A stretch of DNA of 63,477 nucleotides, filler included, from Octopus bimaculoides (lineage: Eukaryota), in assembly GCF_001194135.2 (NCBI RefSeq). It is 7 parts of 6 records of this genome, joined end to end, with 100 filler letters (N's around TTAATTAATTAA, not from the genome) between each part and the next. Parts side by side here need not be neighbours in the genome. Positions count along the whole stretch, not along the records: positions 18,997 to 46,096 come from NC_068985.1; 6 more parts are not named here. The stretch is one strand, 5' to 3'. The position numbers were made by a program, and so were the translations under genes. This document shows positions 24,983 to 37,958 of the stretch, piece by piece. How positions within the stretch are numbered: position 1 is the first letter of the stretch; the number at the start of each line of letters is the position of its first letter. The notes under the pieces were generated by a model that worked only from the letters and a program-made list of their open reading frames with translations, searched no databases and was not told where the DNA came from.

Positions 24983-25148
24983 CTTTGTCATGTTGGGTAA
25001 CCAGCATCTGAAGTGCTATTGCAGCTTCAACCTTGACAGGTAACTCATTATCATTACACAAACATTCTTTGCTCAATTCAAGTGCTTGCATCAAGTTGTT
25101 ATCTTGCTTATAACGAAGTTCACTAAAATAGTGGAGCATCCAACAAGC
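24983..25148 (-). CDS. IPO7: Importin-7 exon ([55 protein letters not shown])
   Basis: tag/GT, 166 nt, conserved [11 protein letters not shown]. Confidence 0.97.
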
Positions 25149-25280
25149 CTACAAATAGAAATATTATGGAATTAACACATTATACTAAATAACACTATTT
25201 CAAGTGTAAGATATTTTATACATAAAATTTCTTATAAACATAGAATTACTGCAGCAAATTAAATAGAGAAAAATACTCAC

Positions 25281-25370
25281 TCTAGCTCTAAGATAACCAT
25301 GTTGACTGCGAAATTCAGGAAAAACATGAGTAGTAAGCATCATTTCGGCTTGATCTTTGTAAATTTTTCT
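25281..25370 (-). CDS. IPO7: Importin-7 exon (RKIYKDQAEMMLTTHVFPEFRSQHGYLRAR)
   Basis: cag/GTGAGT, 90 nt, conserved YKDQ...HVFP...GYLRAR. Confidence 0.96.
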
Positions 25371-25928
25371 CTGTAATTAAAACATATTTGTGGCTTTAAT
25401 ATTAGACAACCGCAGAGTATAATATGGATACAAAGTCTGTTTTAACCACCCGGCTTCAAGTTCCACTCCAAGTGCGTTCTACTTTAACCTTGGCCTCAGT
25501 GAAGTTGATAGGCAGAAACCCCATACAGAAACATATACTTGAGTGCATGTGTGTGTGTGCACGCACGCTTGCATCTGTAAACAATATTCTGTAGTTTCAA
25601 CTTTTGAAGGCCAATAGAATAAAAATATTTTACTTAAAAATCAAATAAGGGCTAGCAACAGGAAGGACATTCCTGTTGCTAATAACTACCCCAATAGATG
25701 ACATCTAAACCATACCAGCATTGAAATAAGCAAATATGATGATGCTGATAATGGCAAAGGCAAATATGACACGAACAATTTGAAAACAATGATTTCTAAC
25801 ACTGAGTCAAGGCTACAAGTTTCGAAAGCAGAAGTATAATAAACTGAATTAACCCAATTAGTGACAGGTACTCAGTTTATCAACCGTGTAGGGATGAAAA
25901 GTATTATTTCTCAAGAAAAATAACAAAC

Positions 25929-26122
25929 CTTAAGAAGAATGTCAGCTACAGCTCCAATCATATGAAGAGCACCATCCTTCTGTCTTGGATCCACATTAGG
26001 CTGTGTCAATACGGACATACAAAATCCCATGGCCTTCTGAAGAACTTCTTTTCGTTTACCAACTGCAGAGTGGAACAAAGTTTGGGCAGCAACAACTGGT
26101 GACAGAAAATCTTCAAACATAT
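25929..26122 (-). CDS. IPO7: Importin-7 exon ([34 protein letters not shown]...[17 protein letters not shown])
   Basis: tag/GT, 194 nt, conserved KRKEVLQK and KDGALHMIG. Confidence 0.97.
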
Positions 26123-26297
26123 CTACAATAAAGAACATAACATAGCATCATACACTCCATCATCTCTCCTTATTTAATAATATGAATATATGAGTTTTGT
26201 AAATCTTGCTAATTATGCATATCATAATATGTATGAGGGAGGGAACAGTGGATGTAGACTATTCCATATTTTCTAAGATATATACAAAGAATGTTAC

Positions 26298-26397
26298 CGA
26301 ATTTCATGCGAATATATTCATGGGGATCTGCAGTCCATAGTTCATCATCTTCATTACTATGACACATCAAAGGAAACACAACATCTTGAATTATCAC
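26298..26397 (-). CDS. IPO7: Importin-7 exon ([33 protein letters not shown])
   Basis: cag/GT, 100 nt, conserved FPLMC...DP.EYIRMKF. Confidence 0.97.
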
Positions 26398-27318
26398 CTG
26401 CAAATATATGTAATCGTCTAATGAATTACTCAATAAAGAAAGCATTTTATTCAAATTTTCTTTTCTTTTCACCAATTTACGTGACGCTATCCATCATAAA
26501 ATGCCAAAACACCTAAGACTGCAGAATTTATTTATATTTAAATGTAAATTGCAATGTGCATGTAATAACACAATTTCACTTAAACACTAAGCAGTATAAC
26601 ATTTCCATCTTCCTTAAATTTTGGTGCAATTATTTCAAATCATTTTTTCCGTATTTCTTTAATGTTCTACACTTGTTAAAAAATTAAATAACCTTTCAAT
26701 TCAGTAATAACTTTCGAGTTTGAATGATTTTCCAATATAGTCCAAGGGATGACTTTGAAAAGGATAATTTCTAAAAGTGTGAACTATGTCAGACAAAAGT
26801 TTTCAAAACAACGGTTTCCAGAGAGAAAATGCAGTCTAAAACATTAAACATTCCTGTTCCAACATTTTTGGAAGAAACCAAATCCATCAACTATTTGTTT
26901 ATATTTTAATTCAACTGTTCCATATAACAGAGGAGTCTAATGCAAACAAAAAAAATAAAGGACAAAGTTGCCATAAATAAATTGTTGTCATAAACAGGGA
27001 TTTAGGAAGCCATATAATAAATAATATTAGCAGTAACTCAATTTATTCAGTGACAAAATTTAAATAATATTCTACTTTGCTAATTTTTACATACATTTAC
27101 TATAATTAGGACAGTTTTGAGGCAAAAATTCTATCTTGGATTCATGTAAGAACCTTTAAGTTGTGTTTGAAACACCACTTAAGTATAATAAACTTATGTT
27201 TTGGATTCACAGTTCAGAATTAAATTAAAATGTGTATTGTAACTAGAAACCTAATGACAGGGTTAAATGTTAACAAGTCAATATTTGTGTTCAAAAGTAT
27301 ATTGTTTAAATTACTTAC

Positions 27319-27364
27319 TACTATATGTGGCTTGATACACTTCCAGGAGAAGGCATGGCTGATT
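27319..27364 (-). CDS. IPO7: Importin-7 small exon (GISHAFSWKCIKPHIV)
   Basis: 46 nt, cag/GTAAGT, phases fit; similar to human GVSHALTWKNLKPHIQ. Confidence 0.92.
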
Positions 27365-27705
27365 CTGAAATGGACATATAAATTGTTTTCTTTTAAGTCT
27401 AAGATTAAAACTATTTTTTTGTATTGTTTTGTTTTTTTACAGAGTAAAGCAGGCAAGTGTAATCTATTAATTAAGCAAAACAAATAGATCTTCCATGGCA
27501 TCAATGAGTATTCCAGTTGTTCATTCAAATGAACTGCCAACTCCTTGATAAAAGATATTATTAAATGTACAATCCATCTTATAAGCATTCACACACCTTT
27601 CTATCCAACTTAGCACAAAAAGCTTGACTTTCACACTATCTAATCATTAACCATGAACAAAACAGAGAGATGTAAGGAAGTGGCATAAAAATAAAAACAA
27701 CTTAC

Positions 27706-27808
27706 CCTTGATTCAGATAGTTGAGTGTCTGCTGCATAACTCTGGGAGCAACATACATTTTCTTTCGATATTGATCGAGTAAATTCAAAAGAACAGGAAT
27801 GATACCAC
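27706..27808 (-). CDS. IPO7: Importin-7 exon ([35 protein letters not shown])
   Basis: tag/GTAAGT, 103 nt, conserved YVAPRV.QQTLNY. Confidence 0.96.
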
Positions 27809-29570
27809 CTAAATTCAAATAGATTTGTAAAATATTAACCAAGTATCTAAACCTTAATCTTTACAATTTTGAATCATTTGAATAAAATGGTCTAAGCCCA
27901 AAATCATTTTAGAAGATCAAAAGAGCTGAATTTATATATATTCTACAAATATATACAAAGAGTAAGAGCAGATCATATGTGTGTGTGTGTGTGTGTTAAT
28001 ATACAAACAAGAGATGTCAAGAATATTTGTTCCAGTGAATTATAGAATTCTACAAGACAAAAGCTAAACCAAATTTGTATTTCATATTGATATGAAAAGA
28101 AAAATTTGAAATTTTATTTCTATTAAATATGGCACTGCTAGCAAAATGTTGTAAATGCAAGCAATTTTATTAAAGAAAATAAATTGTAATTTATTTAAAT
28201 GTTAATTTAGACATAAAACTGTAGTTTAGAAATATTGAGTGTACAGCATTTTTATAAACAGCTTTCCATCCCTGTCCTTGACAACAATGGTCTGTCTCCA
28301 ATAACTACATAATAGAATCAGCCTCACATTACCACTACCAGCTCTATTTATATGTGCTTAACTATATTTAACATTGCCCCTATTGCCAACTGTCTCCATA
28401 TTCGTTATTCTCTCTTACTCAGCACTTAAGCAAAAACAAAGACCACAGAGTGCCTGACAGTTGGTGTACCTTAGCAGCTGTCACTGGAACAAGTTGCCTT
28501 CTCATTCTGTTTGATTTCGTGAGACACTTTAGACAAAATATAAAAAGAATACTGGCACACTTCAGGAAGCAGGGTGCTATTTTACAGTTAGGAAAAAAAT
28601 TTTAAAAACTATAGTTTACCTTGTTTTATTATTCATACTTAAAATTATGAATAACATTCTTTTACAAGAATCTCAAGCATTATTATGGATCTTTTTAAGG
28701 CCTTAAATTATATTAAAAATTTACAACACATTTAGATATCCCTTATGTTACACCGTTTAAGAACTACCAGTCCAGAACAATTTGTCCTGTTAGCCAACTC
28801 GATCACCATTAACACTTACAGGTGGAAACAGACTCATGTCTCCCTCCAAACAAGTACCGTTGTAACATCTCTTCCTCTACCTACAATGTAGAAACAACCA
28901 TACTCACTTCTTGAGAAAGCTCCCATACATACACATCATTTAAAATACTGCTGTAACATCTCTCCCAGTACCTAAAACTAAATTCCCTATCAGTATGATC
29001 TGTACAGATCTCACAGATGTTGAGATTGCAGCCTACCTTCCCAGAGCAATAACATTAGATAAAGGCAGGAGGGCAGTAACCCTGAATAAGAACTAATGCA
29101 GATTAGAAGAGACTCTCCACACAGGGTAACACCTTTAGTGTCTGTGGACAATAAAATGCACCTGGTACACCAACTACTCAGTGGGCTGCAAATACATTAA
29201 ATTTGAGAAGTTTTTAAAAGAAGTCTGAAGAGAAATTCAGGACTTAACATATATTGTAGCTAAAACATAAGTCTAATAACCTACCACAGAGTTTAAATAA
29301 AAAAATTCCATTTTAAAAATGAAAATTTTATTTTAAAAGATAAATACAAATATATTTATATGAAAGGTTGAAACAGACCATTAGGATAGATTTTAACCAA
29401 AAATCAAAATAAGTGAAATCTCTTGCTTTCACAAACTTGTAACAGGTACACACATTCTAATATAGTAACATTTCAGTGGTACAAGATATAAAATCTATAT
29501 CAACTATTTTTATATCACAAAAATTGTGAAACAATTCATAAAAAAAAATAATTGAAAAGGAAAAACTCAC

Positions 29571-29641
29571 AAGTAAAGCTTTTCAGGTACCAATTAGCAA
29601 ACTCTGTATAGTCTTTGATTACATTACCAGGGCTGCCATAC
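29571..29641 (-). CDS. IPO7: Importin-7 exon (RYGSPGNVIKDYTEFANWYLKSFT)
   Basis: tag/GTGAGT, 71 nt, conserved RYGSPGNV. Confidence 0.96.
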
Positions 29642-30048
29642 CTATAAGTATATATATATATATATATATATATATCTACTGAATAACGGGGATATGTAGT
29701 CTTGTCTGATCCATGCAAGCATAGAAAAATAGGTGCAAAAACAACATAAATTATCAGAATGCAATACATATCTAACATGGAATTATCTTTCTTTAAAAGC
29801 AGAAAAATTCTTAGGTTAAATAAAATATCGAATTTCACATGGAAAAAAAACAAAATAAAAAGATTTAATGATGTTCAAGTTATCTAAGACAGTTCTTATA
29901 TAAAAGTTTGGTTCCATTTATATTGTATGTAGGTGGGGAAGCAAATGCTATACGTTTTTGTTTTTTTCCCCCTTTTAAATGCTATTTAACTATTAAGAAA
30001 TTACAGTAATAGTTAAAAGAAATCACAAAAATCCATTCAAACTATATA

Positions 30049-32170
30049 CAGTAATCCCTCAACTATCGCGGGTGTTACATTCCAATACGTGAAAATCCGC
30101 GAACTAGAAACAGTACTGTATACTATTTTTATAATTTGTATGTATTTATTATCATCATCATCGTTTAACGTGTTTTCCATGCTGGCATGTGGTGGACAGC
30201 CTGACTGGGGACTGGCAAACCAGGAGGCTGCACCAGGTTCCAATCTGATCTGGCAAGATTTCTACAGTTAGATGCCCTTCCTAACACCAACCACTCACAG
30301 TGTAGTGAGTGCTTTTTACATGCCATCGGCATGGGAGCCGGTCAGGCGGCACTGGCATCGGCCACCATTCAGATGGTGCTTTTTACAAGCCACCAGCACA
30401 GGGAGCCAGTCAGGCAGCAGTGGCATCAGCCACAACTACAGTTTCCATTTTGATTTCGATTTGATTGAGATTCTGATTTAGATTTTACTTGGCTCAATAG
30501 GTCTCCTCAAGCACGGCATGTCACCCAACAATTCAAAGGTACTTTTTAAATGGGCTGGTTATGCAACACTGGTATAGGCTACAGCTGCGATCTCACTTTA
30601 CTTGCCGGGTCTTCTCAATCACAGCATATCTCCAGAGATCTTGGTCTCTTGTCATTGCCTCTGTGAGGCCCAATGTTCAAAGGTCGTGCTTCACCACTTC
30701 ATCCCATGTCTTCCTGGGTCTCCCTCTTCCACGGGTTCCTTCAACTGTTAGGGAGTGACATTTCACACAGCTCTGCCATCTATACACGGCACATGACCAT
30801 ACCAGTGTAGTCGTCTTTCTTGCACACCACATCTGATGCTTCTATGTCCAACATTTCTCTCAGGGCACTTACACTCTGTTGTGTGCACACTGACATTACA
30901 CATCCAGCAAATCATACTAGCTTCATTTCTTTCAAGCCTACATGTCTTCAACAGTCATGGCCCATGTTTCACTGCTGTGTAGCATGGCAGTACATACACA
31001 TGCATCATACAGTCTACCTTTCACTCTGAGCAAGGCCCTTTGTCACCAGCAGAGGTATGAGCTTTCTGAATTTTGCCCAAGCTATTCTTTTTCTAGTAGA
31101 AATGCTCTCAGACCATCCATCCCCACTACAGACTTGTTCACCTAGGTAGCAAAAGCTATCAACTACTTCTAGTTTCTCCCCTGGCATGTAATGGAATCTT
31201 TTCTGAGCATCTTCATGCTTATTGACTGTGCATCTACCACACACAAAAGCTGTCATCCCGGTTAACTTTCCTTTGATGTTGTGGTACCTCTTATGCGTTC
31301 ATAGATTACACTGGGTACATCTTATGGAGTTTCTACTTACACCTCTTCTACAGATCAAGCAGGGCCTTCTACCTGAAGGGGCTTGTGATTTACTAGCCTT
31401 CCAACTTACTAGGATTTTGGTTTTTGCAACATTGACTCTAAACCTTGCTTCCACACCTGAAATTTCTTCTCTAGTTCTGGTAGTGATTCTGCTATGAGAG
31501 CAAGGTCATCAGCATAGGGGAGCTCCCAGGGGCAGCCAGTCTTGAATTCCTTTGTTATTGCCTGGAGGATTATGATGGATAAGAGGAGGCTTCACTATAC
31601 TCGTTGCCGACCCTTACCTTACTGACAGCATCCTTGTACAGGGCCTGTACAGTTCTTATTAACCACTCATCTATCTCTAGTTTCCACATTGCCCACCAGA
31701 TGAGGGATTGGGGGACCCTGTCAAAGGCATTCTCCAAGTCAATAAAAGCCAACTATAGGGGTTTATCTTATTTTATTATTTTTATATATTTGAGCTTTTA
31801 TAAACTCTCCCCACACTCTTAGGAGTACCCATGTCTTCTCTTTTTTTTGCCTCCCGAGTTTCGTTTTCCATACAGCATGTGCAATTCTTTGTTTATTCAC
31901 TATGGCACACTATGTATTTTCATTTAATATATTTAATGTGTTAAACAGTGCAGTATTATACTGTACTTTTATCTATTTAATTTTTAGTTGTGAAAATGCT
32001 TATTTTACCACAGAAATAATTAAAATCTAAAAAAATATAAATACCTATTGGCAGCAGAAACCCATAATATACTGCGGAGTCCGTGATATAAATTTACATA
32101 TATTAGCCAGGAAAATTTGCGAAGTATTGAGGGCATGATAAGTGAACTGTAATATGACGAGTGATTACTG
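30049..32170. mobile_element. Tigger/pogo-like (Tc1-mariner) non-autonomous element interrupted by an RTE LINE
   Basis: TA|CAGTAATCCCTC at the left and GAGTGATTACTG|TA at the right (11/12 inverted match), with TA flanks. Confidence 0.65.
30150..31760 (-). mobile_element. RTE-type LINE, 5'-truncated and degraded, with 3'UTR and (GAT)n tail
   Basis: RT motifs AFIDLENAFDRVP, ELPYADDLAL, RLHWYGHV; the 3'UTR recurs at 33510, 37583 and 53480. Confidence 0.9.
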
Positions 32171-32273
32171 TATTTAAATTATATATTTAAATTCTTGTGA
32201 AATAATTATAGATTATATGGGTTCCTTTTCCTGAGAATCTTCTTATAAACAAAAAAAAAAAAAATTTCAATAC

Positions 32274-32368
32274 CGTTCAAATGTCCTTGCCAGAATATGT
32301 AAAGCCCACTTTTTAACTTTCCACCAAGGCAGACTTGGTCGCTCCTCTTCATCCACTTGATTAGCAGC
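32274..32368 (-). CDS. IPO7: Importin-7 exon ([32 protein letters not shown])
   Basis: aag/GT, 95 nt, hallmark [18 protein letters not shown]. Confidence 0.97.
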
Positions 32369-32561
32369 CTTCAAGATAGGAGAATGAAGAAAAATATTGT
32401 GAGACAATTATTTAATCTTAAATATATATTTTGCGAAAGTGGTATTACAACATTAAAAAGTAAATTTTTCTTGAACTCAACCAAGATAATGTAGCAAAAT
32501 TAACATATCAAAACAACTCTTCAAATAAGATTGTCTAGAAGCTAACATAACATTTACTTAC

Positions 32562-32651
32562 CTCAGGAATTGCGCGATCAACTATTTGGCGAATTATTTC
32601 CATCCAGCGAGTAAATACTTCTTGGTCAATCAAATTCAATGGGAGAAAATT
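32562..32651 (-). CDS. IPO7: Importin-7 exon (NFLPLNLIDQEVFTRWMEIIRQIVDRAIPE)
   Basis: cag/GTAAGT, 90 nt, phase 0-0. Confidence 0.95.
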
Positions 32652-33237
32652 CTGAAATTTTCAAAACAATATTACTTACTTTAGCTAGATTTAAAAAGTT
32701 CAGTACCACTAGACGTACTAGCTCTAGTGTTTTCTAACACAATGGGTTATCCAAGGAATAAGTAAAGTTACTTGAATTTGACAATAGCACTTTAGCTAAA
32801 ATAATATTTCTAATGATCTTACGTGAAAGATTATACTTGATAAACTTTTGAATAAATAAAAGTCATCTCTAAAATGTGTAAAGATGTCATCTATAAGAAA
32901 TTTGTTTTTATCTGGTATTTTGATACCATTTCATGTACCCTGTACCTGCACTTTAGTATAAGAAAATCTTATTCTTTATTAAATCCTAATGAGTGCTAGT
33001 ATCTAGTCTTTTAACAGCAAGTTGGAATAGAATAAACACCAGTATTCTATTAACTACTTCACTGTAAGAGTCCCTTCATACAATTTATTTCTGGAACTTG
33101 TTTTACGAGCCACAACAGAATTTAAGCTTGCATACAATACAGTAAATTGAATTTGACAATAATTGTATAGATGTCCTGCACTACATTAATTATGTGATGA
33201 ATTGAGAACAGTTTCTGCTGACTTGAAATAAACTTAC

Positions 33238-33394
33238 TTGTATTAATGCATAAAATATTTTTAAAATTTGCTTTTGTAAAAGATTTGATTCAATGGATGG
33301 ATCTGGCATTATCTGAAGCATCATCTTGTAGATGAGAGGTAAATGGACCACCATGGCTTGATGAAGTATTTCTCGGTCACTTAATCTTTTATAT
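33238..33394 (-). CDS. IPO7: Importin-7 exon (EYKRLSDREILHQAMVVHLPLIYKMM...LLQKQILKIFYALIQ)
   Basis: cag/GTAAGT, 157 nt, conserved QKQI.KIFYAL.Q. Confidence 0.96.
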
Positions 33395-33509
33395 CTGCAA
33401 AATCAAGAAACATACACAACTGTAGGTCTTTATCTACAGGAAAAATAGTTCAAAATGAGTATATGTTTAATATAATTCCTTTAATGACAAGAAATTTAAT
33501 ATGACATCA

Positions 33510-33742
33510 ATCATCATCATCATCGTCGTCGTTTAACGTCCGCTTTTCATGCTAGCATGGGCTGGACGATTTGACTGAGGACTGGTGAACCAGATGGCTA
33601 CACCAGGCTCCAATCTGATTTGGCAGAGTTTCTACAGCTGGATGCCCTTCCTAATGCCAACCACTCCGAGAGTGTAGTGGGCGCTTTTACGTGCCACCGG
33701 CACGAAGGCCAGTCAGACGGTACTGGCAACCACGAACACCAT
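33510..33742 (-). mobile_element. 5'-truncated RTE 3'UTR fragment
   Basis: High similarity to 30150-30400 and 37583-37850, with an (ATC)n tail on +. Confidence 0.8.
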
Positions 33743-34160
33743 TACATCAGAGAAATTAAAACAAGCTAACTTGGATTTCTGAGTTACACTGTCCAACATT
33801 ACTTTACATCATATCTGAGTGCTGCAAATTTTTGGAGTTCTTTTTTTCTTTTTTTTCCATTTTCAAAAACGTTTCACTATGGACAAAAACTGGATACAAG
33901 TTTCATGCTGTCAAGCAGCAAGTTTAAATTCAAAGCATTTTCAAAAGACAAGAAAAATCTTAAGAAAATATACAGCAAACATAAAATCCACGTGTGATTA
34001 TAAAACCATCCACCTAAAACAAGCTTAATCAAGCACAAGAGCTTGTCTTAACTTTTGAAAGTTTAAATTAATTACAAAGAGAACAAATAAAATTTTTTAG
34101 GTTATTCAACACAACAAACCATAGATGTAGTTATAATAAATGTGAATAAGAGAAACTCAC

Positions 34161-34319
34161 TCATAAACTTTGACTAATTGGTAGAGACACATGAGAGCTC
34201 CCATCCATGTACGGTGGTCTTCAGATTGTATGTACCTAGAAATCTTCTCTGTAAGGTCAGGCCATCTTCCCGGATAATCATATTTTATCATAGTACTGAG
34301 ACATACACACAGCTGAGTA
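34161..34319 (-). CDS. IPO7: Importin-7 exon (STQLCVCLSTMIKYDYPGRWPDLTEKISRYIQSEDHRTWMGALMCLYQLVKVYE)
   Basis: cag/GTGAGT, 159 nt, conserved DYP.RW and CLYQLVK.YE. Confidence 0.97.
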
Positions 34320-34407
34320 CTGGAGGATAAAAAGGATATTAAATGCTTTAGAAAACTGATCTTTAGTTACATATGACTATATCACAGAATATCAACAACT
34401 AAATCAG

Positions 34408-34481
<74 letters not shown>

Positions 34482-35632
34482 AAAGTATAGAATCAAATTA
34501 TAAATGAAACATCATAATTGCAACAATTGAAGGTAAAATGTTAACTCAAAGAACTGTTGTGCTTTCTCTAAATCTCCCAATCCTGTTAGAAATTACAGAG
34601 TTTGATGAAATGTAGTTAGTCCAGTATAAAATTATAATATAACTTGCTTGGATTTAGATGAAATTTAATGATGATCAGTATATATTGTGGATGCAGTTTC
34701 TACTTGTTAATCTTTAACTGTTGTCATGTCACTTACACTTGCCTAAGTAGCTTGAATATTAGTAAACTGATTAAACTTAGGTGCTTGCACATATATTTAC
34801 AAGATATCGATCCTTTGTCACTGAGCTGAATGTGTGCTTCATTTAGTTCTTGTAAATTGGAAGCTGAATAATTTACATTAGAAAAATCTTTACAAGACGT
34901 CTTCATCTCCTCCATTCAAAGATTTCTATAAGGCCCCACGAATTAGTGTTATTTACACTTATTACAATTATGTGCTCTCCTCATAAACCTACTATTATGT
35001 AGAGATCCTAGATTTAAAACATAACAGTAAATTAATATTTTGTTTCAAATTCTAATCATTCATTTATGAAACCATGAATTCAATATCAACTACATAATTC
35101 CACACATATTCAGAATCAATAAATACTGGTATTACTTAGATGGTGTTTACAGATAACACTGAAATGACACATACTTCTTCCAGTTCAAACAATCTTTGTT
35201 TAATTAAAATCATTTAATAAATAAAAATAAATCATTAAATATTATAACCAAATTCTAACTTGCCACTTGAGGTACAAATTGTCATTAAGCTTAAAAATTA
35301 AAGAAAGAAAACTTTAGAAAAACTCACTTGATAAAATGCATAAACACCCACATTGCAAACTGGAAGTCATTTACAAAAACATCTTTCCAAAATAAGGCTA
35401 AACTTTGTTTGTCACATAAGAGTTCCAGTTTTCAACCAAACAACATTATGTGAACTGCAGTTTCATGCAGTTCAGAATCTGGCAGCAGTTGTAGTTGTTT
35501 GCAGATAAACACTTGTTTACTACACAATTTACCCAGTAGGTTCAGCTTTTCTCCAATCAACAATATTAACTGTCCATGTTCAAACCCCATATTTTCTGAG
35601 ATATAAAACATGCAGAAAGAGAGGACTTTTAC

Positions 35633-35789
35633 CTGATGGTATCAGGGGTGTGAATGACAGCTTCAATTATGTTATTTCGAATAGCGTCTCGATCCTGTTC
35701 ATGGATGTTGAATGGCAAAGGATCTGACACTTGTTCAGCTTCACGATCATGCCAGAATTGGATCACCATGTTTTTGAAATAGATGACAC
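35633..35789 (-). CDS. IPO7: Importin-7 exon (GVIYFKNMVIQFWHDREAEQVSDPLPFNIHEQDRDAIRNNIIEAVIHTPDTI)
   Basis: tag/GT, 157 nt, importin-beta N-terminal (IBN_N) region. Confidence 0.97.
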
Positions 35790-36112
35790 CTAAAGAACGT
35801 TAAAAGTTTAAAACTTTTCAATAATATACATTGCAGCTTGAAAAATAAAATGATTTATATGTAATAACAAATATTGAAATGTATTCCAAGATAACTGACA
35901 TTACATATAAAATTTGAAAAGAAAATTTTACAGGCAAAGATCAAAGACTGAATTATTTGAAGCAAATGGTATAACATAAGGTATTAAATTAAATTCATAA
36001 CAAAATCTTCATATAGGTAAGTTCTGATACTTTTAAAAAGAATTAAAGAATGTGACATGTTACAAAACAATTTTACAAACTATGCGTTAATTTCAGGATA
36101 TTAATTCACTAA

Positions 36113-36320
36113 CCCTTTAGCATTTAAACCGGCCATATCTGACCGAAATATTCTGTCTGTTTTAAGTTCAAACTGACCAGATCCAGCCTTTCCAATTTAT
36201 CCTACAATGTCATTCAATCCCATCAACAAAATCTCAAAGCTAAGAGATAATGCATGATTAATTTAAACCATGCAAATAAATAAATATTACATTCAACAGA
36301 GTAATCTGAATACTAAAAGG
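36113..36320. mobile_element. Short piggyBac-like MITE
   Basis: Ends (c)TAA|CCCTTTAGCATTT ... TGAATACTAAAAGG|TTAA; related reverse copies near 19370-19519 and 19920-20116. Confidence 0.65.
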
Positions 36321-36878
36321 TTAAATGCACAAGACAAGAATTTTTGGTTCAATTCTCAACCCTACAAAATAGAACCTGTGATTAATAACTAAACTATTTG
36401 TTCACTGTTTTAAATACTTTTGCAAGTGAATCAATACTGATCAAAAGGCATTGGAATGTTTTAGTGTCTTATTACTGAATTCATTAATTGACAGTCATCT
36501 TTGCCTTTCATTTATTTCTTGTTAGTAAAATAAGTACCAATGTCTTCGCTACAAAAGATTGCTTTGTGCCTAAAAAAGAAAATATTTCTTCTTGTATTAA
36601 CAAGTGCCACAAAGTAGATGTAACCTACAAGAAAACAAAAACTCACCTACTCTTGAAATCATTTTAATTCACATCTATAAGCATTACAATGTGCAGTTTC
36701 CCTCAGATGTGTTTGAGTAAAATCAAAGAAAATTAATTTCCCTACGAATTTCTCCACACACCAGTAAAACAAAAAAGAAAATCAGATACTTCTGCAAATT
36801 TAGAAATTTACAGAGGAAGTATTTTAAAATTAATATTTTTGTATAGACTAATATAAAATTTAAATAACAAACACTAAC

Positions 36879-36963
36879 CAGCTTGTCGTACAGGCATTTC
36901 CAAATCATCTGACATGACCACCTGCATCATCAAGGTGGGAGCAAACCCAGCAATCTTGTGGAC
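36879..36963 (-). CDS. IPO7: Importin-7 exon 2 equivalent (VHKIAGFAPTLMMQVVMSDDLEMPVRQAG), first visible exon
   Basis: cag/GTTAGT, 85 nt, conserved PVRQAG; the 16 exons total 1797 nt = 599 codons without stops. Confidence 0.95.
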
Positions 36964-37543
36964 CTGAAAAATATTTTATAAAATAATTTTACGAATCCCT
37001 AAATTAGTAACATTTTTTTTTTAAAGAAAATTAGCAAATAAGATACATCTGGGGATCAGTTCAAAATATGAGATGCATCTTGATAAGTAACACAATAATT
37101 TGAGAACTTGAGTGAATACTCAAACATTGAAAATACATAATTTTTGAACTTGCAACAGCTTTCACTTTGAAGGCTTAGGTAGCATTTAAACCTTGATCCT
37201 CAAACCACTAATTTCCATTAAACAAATCTAATTTGAAGCTAATTTGCTTTCAATTGACAAAAAATATATTTGAACAAATCATCAATACAAGATTAACGCA
37301 ACCATGCCTTCATTTGTCTACAATAGTAGCACTCAAGTCCACCCATGAGAGATTAACAACAGCATGGATGAAGTTTAAGTAAGACTTTAATTAACATGAG
37401 CAATTGATGAGAAAATTCATATTGAGTACAGGCAAGTCATGTGGACAAGTTCACTTCACACTCATCTCTTCTAGATTTAGAGCTGACCAATGCTTTAGGA
37501 GTAAAATTTGGTATATGCAAACTGCAGAAGCCCAGTGTATGTG

Positions 37544-37582
<39 letters not shown>

Positions 37583-37586
<4 letters not shown>

Positions 37587-37958
37587 TCATTTAACGTCCG
37601 CTTTCCATGCTAGCATGGGTTGGACGATTTGACTGGGGACTGGCGAACCAGATGGCTACACCAGACTCCAATCCGATCTGGCAGAGTTTCTACAACTGGA
37701 TGCCCTTCCTAACGCCAACCACTCCGAGAGTTTAGTGGGTACTTTTTACGTACCAACAGTACGAGGGCCAGTCCGGCAGTACTGGCAACGGCTACGCTCA
37801 AATGGTGTTCTTTATGTGCCACCTGCACAGGAGTCAGTCCAATGTTATTGGAGCCTGGTGTTGCCATCTGGTTTCACCAGTCCTCAATCAAATCGTCCAA
37901 CCCATGCTAGCATGGAAAGCGGACGTGAAATGATGATGATGATGATGATGATGATGAT
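37583..37958. mobile_element. Head-to-head pair of RTE 3' ends forming ~90-bp inverted arms
   Basis: 37583-37672 is the near reverse complement of 37847-37938; (ATC)n and (GAT)n tails face outward. Confidence 0.85.
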
